Assembly (NCBI GenBank): GCA_036653595.1
Contig: JAVVTQ010000006.1
Span: 2,353-66,352, forward strand
Source: Oscillospiraceae bacterium
GTDB lineage: Bacteria; Bacillota; Clostridia; Oscillospirales; Ruminococcaceae
DNA: 64,000 bases
Direction of reading: 5' to 3'
Shown: piece after piece, positions 19,192 to 28,775 of the stretch
Numbering within the stretch: position 1 is the stretch's first letter
Layout: each line of letters starts with the position of its first letter
Made by a program: the position numbers and the translations under genes
Notes under the pieces: model-generated
Databases searched by the model: none
Told to the model about the DNA's origin: nothing
What the model saw: the letters and a program-made list of their open reading frames with translations, nothing else

Positions 19192-20373
19192 CTAACAAGA
19201 AGAGGTGTCGGCAGAGCCGAAATATGAGGCCATTCTGTCAACTGCATCCTTTATCACAGCGCGCGGACAAGCCATGTTGATGCGCAGAAAGCCCTTTCCA
19301 CCGTGTCCGAAGCCATCGCCGGCCTCGACATAGAGGTGTTCTTTTTTGACAAGCTCTTTTTCAAGCAGACGCGTGTCCTCACAGTAGCGCGAGACGTCAA
19401 ACCACGCAAGGTATGTGCCCTCCGGCACACAAAACCTTGACTTCGGGAGCATGCGCTGGGTGTAGCTTTTAAAGAAATCCATATTTCCATCGATGTATTG
19501 AAGAAGCTGACCAAGCCATTCTTCTCCGTCGTTAAATGCGGCCATAACCGCAGCACTGCTCAGGGGATTGACCAGCAGGTGCCCGACCTCATCCACAATC
19601 TTTTTGCGATAGTCAGGGTTTATGGCGAGGGCGTGAGACGCGGCAAGACCCGCTATATTAAAGGTTTTTGTAGGAGCGGTGCAGGTCACTATATTGTCGT
19701 CCGATGGAAAGAGCGTGGCTATCGGCAGGTGCTTTTTTTCGCTGCGCACAAGGTCGCAGTGAATCTCATCGCTCAAAATTATGAGGTCATTTTTTTTGCA
19801 TATTTCGTGAAGACGGCAAAGCTCGTCCTTTGTCCAAACCCTTCCGACAGGGTTGTGAGGATTGCACAAAATCAACATTTTAACGCCGGGCATCGCGGCC
19901 TTTTTCTCAAGATCCACGAAGTCCATGGTATAGTAGCCGTCGTCGGCGATAAGAGGATTTTCCACAAGAACGCGGCAGTTGTCGCTCACAGAGCTGGAAA
20001 AAGGCGGGTATACCGGAGGCTGCACGATTATTTTGTCACCCGGCTTGGTCAGTGCGCGCACAACATGTCCGAGCGCAGGGACAACGCCCTGTGTAAATAC
20101 TATGTTCTCGCGCTTCATCTCAAGACCGTGACGGCGCGAATAGTAGGACTCGACGGCTTCAAAATACTTATCGGTAAGCTCTGTGTATCCAAAAATTCTG
20201 TCGTCCGCCGCTTTTTTGATGGCGTCGGTTATCGGCTTTGCACAGCCGAAATCCATGTCCGCGATCCACATTGAGAGATAGCTCTCGTCCATGACGGCGC
20301 CGTCCGGAGTTTTCCCCCATTTGACGGAACCCGTACTCAATCGTTCGATTTTTTCATCAAAATCGTATTTCAT
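19192..20373 (-). CDS. PLP-dependent C-S lyase (MalY/PatB family cystathionine beta-lyase)
   Basis: Start taken at the internal ATG (MKYDFDEKIERLSTGSVKWGK), the typical family N-terminus. The rest is an aminotransferase class I/II fold, and SDEIHCDL is present. Confidence 0.85.
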   Translation of the reverse strand: MKYDFDEKIERLSTGSVKWGKTPDGAVMDESYLSMWIADMDFGCAKPITDAIKKAADDRIFGYTELTDKYFEAVESYYSRRHGLEMKRENIVFTQGVVPALGHVVRALTKPGDKIIVQPPVYPPFSSSVSDNCRVLVENPLIADDGYYTMDFVDLEKKAAMPGVKMLILCNPHNPVGRVWTKDELCRLHEICKKNDLIILSDEIHCDLVRSEKKHLPIATLFPSDDNIVTCTAPTKTFNIAGLAASHALAINPDYRKKIVDEVGHLLVNPLSSAAVMAAFNDGEEWLGQLLQYIDGNMDFFKSYTQRMLPKSRFCVPEGTYLAWFDVSRYCEDTRLLEKELVKKEHLYVEAGDGFGHGGKGFLRINMACPRAVIKDAVDRMASYFGSADTSSC

Positions 20374-20500
20374 CACAATCCCCACTTTCAAGCATCGTTG
20401 GTATAAGTATAGCACATTACCCGATTTTTCGACATCTTGCACGCGAAAATTTTTCTGTGCTATAATTTACAAAAAACGAGCAACTTAAGAGGAGGACAAA

Positions 20501-20968
20501 ATGAGGCGAGCAGACAGGGAGATTACAGACAGAGGAGACATTGCGGGAATTCTTATGAGAGCGCAGACGGCGAGGCTCGGCCTTTTTTCCGAAAATTATC
20601 CGTATATCGTGCCGATGAGCTACGGCTTCGAGCTCGGCGAAAAGCTGACCGTTTATTTTCACTGCGCAAAAGAGGGCCGCAAACTAGAGCTTATTTCAAA
20701 AAATCACGGCGCAGCACTTGAGGTGGACAACCTGCTCGAAGTGCAGGTATACGAAATCTCCTGTAAGAGCGATGCCGGATACGAGAGTGTTATGGCGGTT
20801 GGAAATGTGAGCGCTGTGGAGGACGAGGAAGAAAAGCTGCACGGTCTTTGCAAAATAATGCAGCATTATGGCGCCGAGAACCCGGTTTTCGAGCCTGATA
20901 GAGTAAAAAAAGTGGAAGTCCTAAAATTTGTCGCGAATTCCTTTACAGCAAAGCGCCTCACGGTCTAA
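20501..20968 (+). CDS. Pyridoxamine 5-prime-phosphate oxidase family (FMN-binding split-barrel) protein
   Basis: MRRADREITD....I..IL.......LGL......PYIVPMSYGF is the typical family N-terminus. SD GAGGAGG. Confidence 0.8.
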   Translation: MRRADREITDRGDIAGILMRAQTARLGLFSENYPYIVPMSYGFELGEKLTVYFHCAKEGRKLELISKNHGAALEVDNLLEVQVYEISCKSDAGYESVMAVGNVSAVEDEEEKLHGLCKIMQHYGAENPVFEPDRVKKVEVLKFVANSFTAKRLTV

Positions 20969-22139
20969 AATATTCGCAGAGAGCGGCGGCGGCCTTTTTT
21001 GCGGTGTCGCATGTGCAAAATCCGGACAGCCTGCAAAAGCCCTCTCCACCGGCTCCAAAGCCGACGCCGGGGGTGCATACAAGCGAAAACGCACAGAGCA
21101 GCTCGTCAAAAGTTTCGAGCGAGGATTTGTATTTTTTGCACTCAAACCAGACATATGGTGCATTTGTTGCTCCGGTGCAGTACACGCCGAGAGAGCGCAG
21201 AGCTTTTGCCAAAAGCTCTGCGTTTTTTCTGTAATAGGACACCTGAGCAGAGGTCTGCGCGAGCCCTGTGTCAGAGAGCGCAGCCTCGGCCGCGCGCTGG
21301 ATTATATATGCCACTCCGTTGCTGTGCGAGGCCTCTGTAAAAGACCATAAATCCTTGAGGGAGAGTCCATCGCCGCGCACAAGCTTTGGACTGACCGCGA
21401 GCCAACCGCAGCGCATCCCTGTGAAGCCGGCGGATTTTGAGAGTGAACCGATTTCAATCGCGCACAGCTCGGCTTTTGGAATTTCAAATATGCTGTGTAA
21501 ACAGCGGCTGTCCGTTATATATGCCTCATATGCAGCGTCAAAGATTATCAGTGCGCCGCATTTATTGGCATAATCCACCCATTTTTCAAGCTCGGCTCTT
21601 GTATATGCTGTGCCGGTTGGGTTATTTGGAGAGCAAAGGTAGACCACATCAGCAGAAAATGGAGGAGGTGCGGCGATAAATTCAGCCTCGCGCCCTGTGC
21701 TCGCACAGAGAACGGTGTTTCCCCGCATTTCATTGACGTCGCGGTATGCGGGGTATACAGGCTCTGTCAAAATGACTCGCGAGCCTGCTGCAAAGAGCCT
21801 TGTCACGGCGCCGAGCGCCTCCTTTGCACCGTGGCAGACAAAAATGTCGCAGGGAGTGATGGCTGTGTTTTTGTATTTTGCGGCGCATATTGCGTCTTTG
21901 AGAAAGTCATAGCCGGCACACGGCGCATAGCCGCGAAAGCCATCATTGCTGCCCATCTCTGCGGCGGCGCGGGCGAGAGCATCGACGACTGTTTTTGACA
22001 TCGGGAGCGTCACGTCGCCGATGCCCATGTCAAGAAGCTCACAGCTTGGATTTTGACCTTTAAAAACCGAAACCCGCCGCGCTATGTCGGCAAAAAGATA
22101 GGGACTGCGCGGATTTGAAAAATATTCACTTATCTGCAT
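20958..22139 (-). CDS. dapL: LL-diaminopimelate aminotransferase
   Basis: N-terminus MQISEYFSN..SPYLFADIARRV...GIGDVTLPM fits DapL. The ORF can extend to a TTG at 22175, but neither start has a good SD. The ATG at 22139 lies 7 nt after the dapF stop. Confidence 0.85.
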   Translation of the reverse strand: MQISEYFSNPRSPYLFADIARRVSVFKGQNPSCELLDMGIGDVTLPMSKTVVDALARAAAEMGSNDGFRGYAPCAGYDFLKDAICAAKYKNTAITPCDIFVCHGAKEALGAVTRLFAAGSRVILTEPVYPAYRDVNEMRGNTVLCASTGREAEFIAAPPPFSADVVYLCSPNNPTGTAYTRAELEKWVDYANKCGALIIFDAAYEAYITDSRCLHSIFEIPKAELCAIEIGSLSKSAGFTGMRCGWLAVSPKLVRGDGLSLKDLWSFTEASHSNGVAYIIQRAAEAALSDTGLAQTSAQVSYYRKNAELLAKALRSLGVYCTGATNAPYVWFECKKYKSSLETFDELLCAFSLVCTPGVGFGAGGEGFCRLSGFCTCDTAKKAAAALCEYFRP

Positions 22140-22146
22140 AGCTTGC

Positions 22147-22950
22147 TCAGAGGTCGAAGTCGCCGCGAAAGACAAGCTCGACTGTGCCCGTCAAAAGCGC
22201 GTGTGAATCGCCCGAAAGCCTCACAGACAAGGTTCCGCCGGGCATTTTGACCTCGATTGGAAGTCGTGTATCGCAAAAACCGCGCACAGTTCCGGCCAAA
22301 GCGGCGGCACAGGCGCCCGTGCCGCAGGCAAGCGTCTCTCCGACACCGCGCTCAAACACGCGCACCTTGAGGCGATTGTCTCCGATAACCTCACAGAACT
22401 CCGCGTTGACCTCCTCGGAAAATATGTTGCTGTCGCACACCAAAGAGCCGATGGTTTTGAGGTCCAGCTTTGAGACATCGCCTGTAAAAAAAACGGCGTG
22501 TGAATTGCCAGCATGCACCTTTGTGACATATTGAGCACTGTCGGAAAAGCAAATCGGCTCCAGCACGCCCCCCGATACAGAGACAATCCCCATGTCTGCC
22601 TCCACGCGCCGCTGCCCGTCCCTTGAGGTGAGCAGGCTGCATGTGCGCAGGCCGCTGTCCGTCTCAACACAGACGCGCGATTTTGCGGTATAGCCAAGTT
22701 CGCTTAAAAGGCGTGCAATGCACAAAAGACCGTTGCCGCACATTGAGGCGCGTGTGCCGTCGGCGTTAAATATTACCATCTTCACATCTGAAACCGTGCT
22801 CTTGCGCATAAAAATCACACCGTCCGCGCCCACTCCCAGATGTCTGTCGCAAATTCGCCGAACAGTGTTTTTTCCGAACGTGACATTTTGAGAAAAACAG
22901 TCGATAAAGACGAAATCATTGCCATTTCCGTGCATTTTATAGAATATCAC
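22147..22950 (-). CDS. dapF: Diaminopimelate epimerase
   Basis: GTG start at 22950, 8 nt after AAAGGAG, gives MIFYKMHGNGNDFVFID. The catalytic Cys motifs MCGNG and CGTGACA are present. Confidence 0.9.
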   Translation of the reverse strand: MIFYKMHGNGNDFVFIDCFSQNVTFGKNTVRRICDRHLGVGADGVIFMRKSTVSDVKMVIFNADGTRASMCGNGLLCIARLLSELGYTAKSRVCVETDSGLRTCSLLTSRDGQRRVEADMGIVSVSGGVLEPICFSDSAQYVTKVHAGNSHAVFFTGDVSKLDLKTIGSLVCDSNIFSEEVNAEFCEVIGDNRLKVRVFERGVGETLACGTGACAAALAGTVRGFCDTRLPIEVKMPGGTLSVRLSGDSHALLTGTVELVFRGDFDL

Positions 22951-23115
22951 GACGCCCGCTCCTTTGACAAAAATCAATTATGATAATCTATATTCGCAGG
23001 CCGCCGCATTTATATTAATCGTTGATTGACAAATAAAGCCGTTTGAACGCATCGAGCAAAGAGGTCTACCGTTTTTCCAAATGACGGCACTTTCGACTGC
23101 GCGCGGCATGAATTG

Positions 23116-23961
23116 TCAGAATTCCGCCGAGAAGCCGCATCCAACGCGAGTTATATTGTCCTTTGCCAGCCGCTCAAAGCCCGCCTCGCCGGTGCAGTGG
23201 CAGACACCGATAAAGGCGATGCCCGACTCACTGAGATAATGCGCTGTTTTTTCTATGCGCGCTTCATCGCAGGCTATGAGGTGTGTGCCCCCGATAACCG
23301 CGGCGATGGGGGAGGAGGGAAGCCTCCGCTTCACGCATTCGCAGATGTTTGCTATGCCGGTGTGTGCGCAGCCCGTGAGGATGACTGTGCCATGCTGTGT
23401 TTCGACGCAGAGCACCTGCTCGTCGCGGTACAAGTCGACCTTGAACTCGCCGCCCTCATAGACGAAATTTGTCTTGTCGGGCTGCTCAAAATCGACGCTG
23501 CGCTCTATTCCCGTCAGCAGAGAGGCACCATCAAATTCGCGGACGGGAAAAACGTCCTTATATATCATGCGATAGTCGACACCCATGGACGAGAGTTTTG
23601 CGGCGTCGAGCGGCCCTGTCGTCGGGATGAAGCTCTCACCAAATTCAAGACCGCCGTCCCACATGCAGGTTTTGAAAAAATGCGATGACAAATAGAGCCT
23701 GTAGGGCTGATGAAATTCCTCGTGAAAGCGCAAAAGGCCGCGCGTGTGGTCGTAGTGGTTGTGGCTGAGCGCAATGGCAGAGACAAAGCGCAGGTCACGA
23801 CCCAGTACCTTTGAATTGTCTATAAAAACCCCGCTGTCACCCACATCAAAAAGCATGGAGTGCTCTGCGCGCTCGAGGAGAACGCAGAGTCCGTGCTCCG
23901 GCACAAGCCCCTCACAGAAGACTGTGTTTTCGCTGAGTATCGTTATTTTCAGTTTTTCCAT
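23116..23961 (-). CDS. MBL-fold metallo-hydrolase (COG1237-like)
   Basis: KITILSEN....EHGL..L.E, LFDVG, ALSHNHYDHTRGL and a C-terminal CHCTG. Confidence 0.75.
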   Translation of the reverse strand: MEKLKITILSENTVFCEGLVPEHGLCVLLERAEHSMLFDVGDSGVFIDNSKVLGRDLRFVSAIALSHNHYDHTRGLLRFHEEFHQPYRLYLSSHFFKTCMWDGGLEFGESFIPTTGPLDAAKLSSMGVDYRMIYKDVFPVREFDGASLLTGIERSVDFEQPDKTNFVYEGGEFKVDLYRDEQVLCVETQHGTVILTGCAHTGIANICECVKRRLPSSPIAAVIGGTHLIACDEARIEKTAHYLSESGIAFIGVCHCTGEAGFERLAKDNITRVGCGFSAEF

Positions 23962-24194
23962 AATTTCCTCCGAAGCCTTTATATATGTAATTTAATTATA
24001 CTACAAAAAATATTTGCATACGAGTGAAAAAAGCAAGACGTATGCGTCAAAAAAAGAAACCTCTGCTGCGCTGCGCATGAATTTTTCTAAGCTCTCAAAT
24101 CGCCCGATTATTTTTATGAACCGCGCGAATTTTGCGATTTCGCGAAAAAAATTAAATATTGTATGATATAATTCTTTTTAACAAAATATGAGAG

Positions 24195-25430
24195 GTGCAC
24201 ATGGAAGAAAAAAGAGAACGCGCAGTTTTGGCGGTTGTGGACACGGGCGATTATGACATTGAGGAATCCCTTGATGAGCTGCGCTCGCTGTGCGAGACTG
24301 CGGGAGCGGAGGTCGTGGGCGAGATAGTCCAAAAGCGCGAGGCGCCGGATAGCTCGGGGTACCTCGGGACGGGGAAGCTCTTGGAGGCAAAGGAGCTTTG
24401 CGAGATGCTGGAAGCCGATGTCCTGATAGCCGATACGGAGCTTACAGGCTCGAAACAGAGAAATATGGAGCGGGTGGTCGGCGTTGACGTGATAGACCGC
24501 ACCACGCTGATTCTGGATATATTTGCACTCTCCGCAAAAACGGCGGAGGGCAAGCTTCAAGTGGAGCTGGCACAGCTAAACTACAGACTCCCGCGTTTGG
24601 CCGGCTCTTCGGAATCGCTGTCAAGACTCGGAGGAGGCATAGGTACGCGCGGCCCGGGAGAATCCAAGCTTGAGAGCGACAGGCGGTATGTCAGGGAACG
24701 AATAAAGAATTTAAAGGAACGGCTTTTGGAGCTTGAAAAACGCCGCGAGGTCACAAGGGTGCAGCGCGGCAAGTCGAAAATACCGGTTGTGGCGCTTGTG
24801 GGCTACACCAACGTCGGAAAATCCTCGCTGCTGAACGCGCTTACCGGTGCTGACATTTTGGCGGAGGACAAGCTCTTTGCGACGCTCGATCCGACGGTCA
24901 GAAAGCTTGAGATTCCGGACTTCTGCACGGTGCTGCTCGTGGACACGGTTGGATTTGTCAGCCGCTTGCCTCATACGCTTGTCGATGCTTTCAAATCGAC
25001 GCTGGAGGAGGTTTCCAGAGCCGATCTCATACTCAAAATCGTTGACGCTTCCGACAAGAATTGGTTTTCGCAGCTGGAAATTACGGAAAAGGTCATCGGG
25101 GAGCTGGGCGCGGCTGCGACACAGTCACTTGTGGTGTTTAACAAGTGCGACAAAATCGACACGCAAAAAGCTCTTTGCGGGATTTGCGTCTCCGCAAAAA
25201 CAGGTGACGGCCTTTGCAAGCTCACTGAAGAGGTTGCAAAAATCCTTTCCGAGCGAATCGTCAGGTGCTCGATAATGCTTCCGTTTGACAGCCTTGCGCT
25301 CGGCGCATACATCAGGGAATTCGGCGATGTTATTTCCGAGAGCTGCGAAGAAGACGGAATGCACATGGAGGTTTCCATCGCAAAGGAATACTTTGCAAAA
25401 ATAGAGCGCTTTGCGAAAGATAAGAAATAA
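24195..25430 (+). CDS. hflX: GTPase HflX
   Basis: LDIFALSAKTAEGKLQVELAQL, GGGIGTRGPGESKLE, the P-loop GYTNVGKSSL, DTVGF and NKCD. Confidence 0.93.
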   Translation: MHMEEKRERAVLAVVDTGDYDIEESLDELRSLCETAGAEVVGEIVQKREAPDSSGYLGTGKLLEAKELCEMLEADVLIADTELTGSKQRNMERVVGVDVIDRTTLILDIFALSAKTAEGKLQVELAQLNYRLPRLAGSSESLSRLGGGIGTRGPGESKLESDRRYVRERIKNLKERLLELEKRREVTRVQRGKSKIPVVALVGYTNVGKSSLLNALTGADILAEDKLFATLDPTVRKLEIPDFCTVLLVDTVGFVSRLPHTLVDAFKSTLEEVSRADLILKIVDASDKNWFSQLEITEKVIGELGAAATQSLVVFNKCDKIDTQKALCGICVSAKTGDGLCKLTEEVAKILSERIVRCSIMLPFDSLALGAYIREFGDVISESCEEDGMHMEVSIAKEYFAKIERFAKDKK

Positions 25431-25491
25431 AGGCGGCTGATGTTTAGCAAAAATAACCTAATAAGTGCCATATATTTATAGACAAATGCTG

Positions 25492-25520
25492 TTGACGTAC
25501 AAGATATAGTGTATTATAAT
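25492..25520 (+). promoter_or_regulatory. Consensus sigma-70-type promoter of nrdDG
   Basis: TTGACG (25492-25497), a 17-nt spacer, then TATAAT (25515-25520). Confidence 0.75.
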
Positions 25521-25546
25521 TTTAATCACGACACCATGTAGCAAAG
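25499..25546 (+). promoter_or_regulatory. Candidate tandem NrdR boxes
   Basis: ACAAGATATAGTGTAT (25499-25514) lies in the promoter spacer and resembles the NrdR box acaCwAtATaTwGtgt. A weaker half-conserved box, ACACCATGTAGC..., sits with its centre about 32 bp downstream, which is the usual tandem spacing. Confidence 0.5.
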
Positions 25547-25643
25547 ACGGGGCAAAGTTGGCACTGAGGCGCCGCCGACAGACATGCATCGAAAACATAA
25601 TTCGCATAGAGGTTCACGGGTCAAAACCGGAGGAGGACAAAGA

Positions 25644-27968
25644 GTGTTAAAGACTATTAAAAAGCGCGATGGGCGAGAGGTTGAGTACAAAATCGAGAAA
25701 ATTGCAACCGCAATCGAAAAAGCGATGCAGGCCGCGGGGAGAAAAAATCCCGAGGAATGTGCGAGGCTTGCGAAGATTGTGGAGATACGACTCAACGATT
25801 TGTTCATCGACACAGCTCCTACGGTCGAGGATATACAGGACACTGTTGAAAATGTCCTGATGGACAACGGCTATGCGTTTGTTGCCAAAAAATTTATTTT
25901 ATACAGAAGCAACCGGACGCGTGCCCGCGAGATGAACACGAGCCTGATGAAAATATATGATGAACTGACGTTTGCGGACGCCGGCGATTCCGACATGAAG
26001 CGCGACAACGCCAATATTGACGGCGACACGGCGATGGGCGTCATGCTCAAATATGGCTCCGAGGGTGCAAAGGATTATTACAGCAAATACATACTCACCG
26101 AAAAGCAGGCGACGGCGCATCGGGAGGGTGACATTCACATCCATGACATGGATTTTTATACTCTGACAACGACATGCTGCCAGATAGATTTGCTGGAGCT
26201 GTTTAAAGGCGGGTTTTCCACAGGGCACGGATATCTGCGGGAGCCCAACGATATAGTGAGCTATGCCGCGTTGGCCTGCATAGCCATTCAGAGCAACCAA
26301 AATGATCAGCACGGCGGACAGAGCGTGCCGAACTTTGACTATGCACTCGCCCCCGGCGTGGCGAAAACCTATAAGCGCAACTATTTTAAAAACATCGCAA
26401 AAGCACTCGCGACAATCACCGGCCGCGAGCCTGATTATGAAAAAGAAATAAAACCGATAATGGCACAGCTTGCGCAAAAGGGACTTGTGCCGAAGCTCGA
26501 CAATATGACCGAAGAGCTGTACGCGCAGGAAAAGGCGGAGCTTTTGAAGCTCGGCTATTCCGAAGAAGACATAAGCAGGGCTCAAAAGCTCTCCACAAAG
26601 TATGCAAAGGAGGAGACAGAGCGCGCGACATATCAGGCCATGGAGGCGCTCGTTCACAACCTCAACACGATGCACAGCCGTGCGGGAGCACAGACTCCGT
26701 TTTCGTCGATAAACTACGGAACCGACATTTCACCTGAGGGCAGGCTTGTCATGCGCAGCGTAATGCTGGCGACAGAGTCCGGCCTCGGCGCAGGGGAGAC
26801 GGCGATTTTCCCGATACACATTTTCAAGGTAAAGGAGGGCGTCAACTACAATAAAGAAGACCCGAACTATGACTTGTTCAAGCTTGCGTGCCGAGTTTCG
26901 GCCAAGCGTCTGTTCCCGAACTTCGGCTTTATTGACGCGCCTTTCAATATTCAGTACTATAAGCCCGGCCATCCGGAGACGGAGGTCACTTATATGGGAT
27001 GCCGCACACGCGTCATCGGAAACGTATATGACCCGTCGCGCGAAATCACGTACGGCAGAGGAAATCTCAGCTTTACTTCGATAAATTTGCCGCGCATAGC
27101 GATTAAAAGCAACAAGAATATAGAGTGGTTTTTTGAAGAGCTTGAAAAGAAGATGGATTTGAGCTGCCAGCAGCTGCTCGACAGGTTCGAGATTCAGCGC
27201 CACAAGCACGTCTACAATTACCCGTTCCTCATGGGGCAGGGCGTTTGGATTGACAGCAAGAACCTAGGGCCAAACGACGAGGTCGGCGAGGTGCTCAAAC
27301 ACGGCACTCTCTCGGTGGGCTTTATAGGACTTGCGGAGACTCTCGTTGCGCTGACGGGCAAGCACCACGGCGAGAGCGAGCAGTCGCGCAATCTGGGACT
27401 TGAGATAATCGGGTTTATGCGCGATTATCTGGATACAAAAAGCAGGGAGATGGGCCTTAACTTTTCGCTGCTCGCCACACCTGCGGAGGGTCTTTCAGGG
27501 CGTTTTGTGAGGCTTGACAAGAAAAAATTCGGCATAATAGAGGGCGTGACAGACCGCGATTACTACACAAACAGCTTCCATGTGCCCGTCTACTACCCGA
27601 TATCCGCATATGAAAAAATAAAGATTGAGGCGCCATACCATGCGCTTACAAATGCGGGGCATATTTCGTACGTCGAGCTGGACGGAGACACAGCTCAGAA
27701 CATAGAAGCTTTTGAAAAAATCGTGCGCTTTATGAAGGAATCCGGCATAGGCTACGGCTCTATAAATCACCCTGTGGACCGCGACCCGTGCTGCGGATAC
27801 AATGGCATAATAGGCGACGAATGCCCGAAGTGCCACAGAAAAGAAAATGAGGGCGCTGTCGGCTTTGAGAGAATACGCAGAATAACCGGATACCTTGTCG
27901 GAACTCTGGACAGATTCAATGACGCAAAGCGCGCCGAGGAAAAGGACAGGATAAAACACGATGTGTAA
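25644..27968 (+). CDS. nrdD: Anaerobic ribonucleoside-triphosphate reductase
   Basis: GTG start at 25644, 7 nt after GGAGGAGG, gives VLKTIKKRDGREVEY (ATP-cone). The C-terminal Zn site CCGY...CPKCH and the glycyl-radical region RRITGYL are present. Confidence 0.93.
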   Translation: MLKTIKKRDGREVEYKIEKIATAIEKAMQAAGRKNPEECARLAKIVEIRLNDLFIDTAPTVEDIQDTVENVLMDNGYAFVAKKFILYRSNRTRAREMNTSLMKIYDELTFADAGDSDMKRDNANIDGDTAMGVMLKYGSEGAKDYYSKYILTEKQATAHREGDIHIHDMDFYTLTTTCCQIDLLELFKGGFSTGHGYLREPNDIVSYAALACIAIQSNQNDQHGGQSVPNFDYALAPGVAKTYKRNYFKNIAKALATITGREPDYEKEIKPIMAQLAQKGLVPKLDNMTEELYAQEKAELLKLGYSEEDISRAQKLSTKYAKEETERATYQAMEALVHNLNTMHSRAGAQTPFSSINYGTDISPEGRLVMRSVMLATESGLGAGETAIFPIHIFKVKEGVNYNKEDPNYDLFKLACRVSAKRLFPNFGFIDAPFNIQYYKPGHPETEVTYMGCRTRVIGNVYDPSREITYGRGNLSFTSINLPRIAIKSNKNIEWFFEELEKKMDLSCQQLLDRFEIQRHKHVYNYPFLMGQGVWIDSKNLGPNDEVGEVLKHGTLSVGFIGLAETLVALTGKHHGESEQSRNLGLEIIGFMRDYLDTKSREMGLNFSLLATPAEGLSGRFVRLDKKKFGIIEGVTDRDYYTNSFHVPVYYPISAYEKIKIEAPYHALTNAGHISYVELDGDTAQNIEAFEKIVRFMKESGIGYGSINHPVDRDPCCGYNGIIGDECPKCHRKENEGAVGFERIRRITGYLVGTLDRFNDAKRAEEKDRIKHDV

Positions 27969-28473
27969 ACTCAGGGTTGCCGGAATTGTCGGAGATTCGA
28001 TAACCGATGGTCCGGGTATACGCACCACCGTTTTTGTGCAGGGCTGTCCGCACCACTGCGAGGGCTGTCATAATCCGGAGACACATGATTTTTCGGGCGG
28101 CACAGAGATGACAGTGGAGCAGATATTTAAAAAAATAGAGTCCAATCCCCTGCTTTGCGGCGTGACCTTTTCGGGAGGAGAGCCGATGAGCCAAGCGTTT
28201 GCGCTGGCGGAGCTTGCCCAAAAAATAAAGGAGCTGGGCTTGGAGCTGGCCGTCTACACGGGCTACACCTTTGAGCAGCTGCTCGAAAAAAACGATAGCG
28301 ACCAAATGCGGCTGCTCTCCTTGACGGACACGCTGATAGACGGGCGGTTTGTGCTCTCGGAGCGCAGTCTGGACTTGAAATTCAAGGGCTCGCGCAATCA
28401 GCGTGTGCTAAACGTGAAAAAAAGCCTTCGAGAATGCGCCGCCGTGTTGGAGACGGGGGAGCGCTGGGCATAG
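27961..28473 (+). CDS. nrdG: Anaerobic RNR activating protein (radical SAM)
   Basis: DGPGIRTTVFVQGCPHHCEGCHNPET is the radical SAM cluster motif. GGEP is also present. Overlaps the nrdD stop. Confidence 0.92.
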   Translation: MCKLRVAGIVGDSITDGPGIRTTVFVQGCPHHCEGCHNPETHDFSGGTEMTVEQIFKKIESNPLLCGVTFSGGEPMSQAFALAELAQKIKELGLELAVYTGYTFEQLLEKNDSDQMRLLSLTDTLIDGRFVLSERSLDLKFKGSRNQRVLNVKKSLRECAAVLETGERWA

Positions 28474-28536
28474 CCGCGAACAGTCGGCAAGGCGCGCACT
28501 CGGTTTTCGATGTGCAGAAATTAACTTTATCAAAAA

Positions 28537-28568
28537 ATCGGGCGGAAATTTTCCGCCCGATTTTTTTT
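28537..28568 (+). terminator. Intrinsic terminator after nrdG
   Basis: ATCGGGCGGAAA/TTTCCGCCCGAT perfect stem followed by T8. Confidence 0.9.
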
Positions 28569-28697
28569 GTGAGAATATTGACCAAATACATGAAACAGCT
28601 TTTGGAAATGCGGAAAATAAGCATTTTTATGCGAAAGCTCAAGGAAAAGTGTTTTGAATTCTGCCAATATAATCACACAACATTCACAGCGCTGAAA

Positions 28698-28726
28698 TTG
28701 CATTGTAACCGTAAAAATTGTATAAT
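28698..28726 (+). promoter_or_regulatory. Sigma-70-type promoter of the ABC-2/GldG/DUF4340 operon
   Basis: TTGCAT, a 17-nt spacer, then TATAAT. It lies about 50 nt upstream of the ATG at 28776. Confidence 0.65.
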
Positions 28727-28775
28727 ACATTGAGATTACTATAAAACAAGATTTGAGTGAGGTGGCTGCACCGCG

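Noticed and set aside
23116-23961. MBL-fold proteins (23116-23961 and 39313-40104) as beta-lactamase resistance genes
   Set aside because: Their motifs and size match the COG1237-type and YycJ/WalJ-type housekeeping hydrolases. Neither has a signal peptide or the hallmarks of a class B beta-lactamase.
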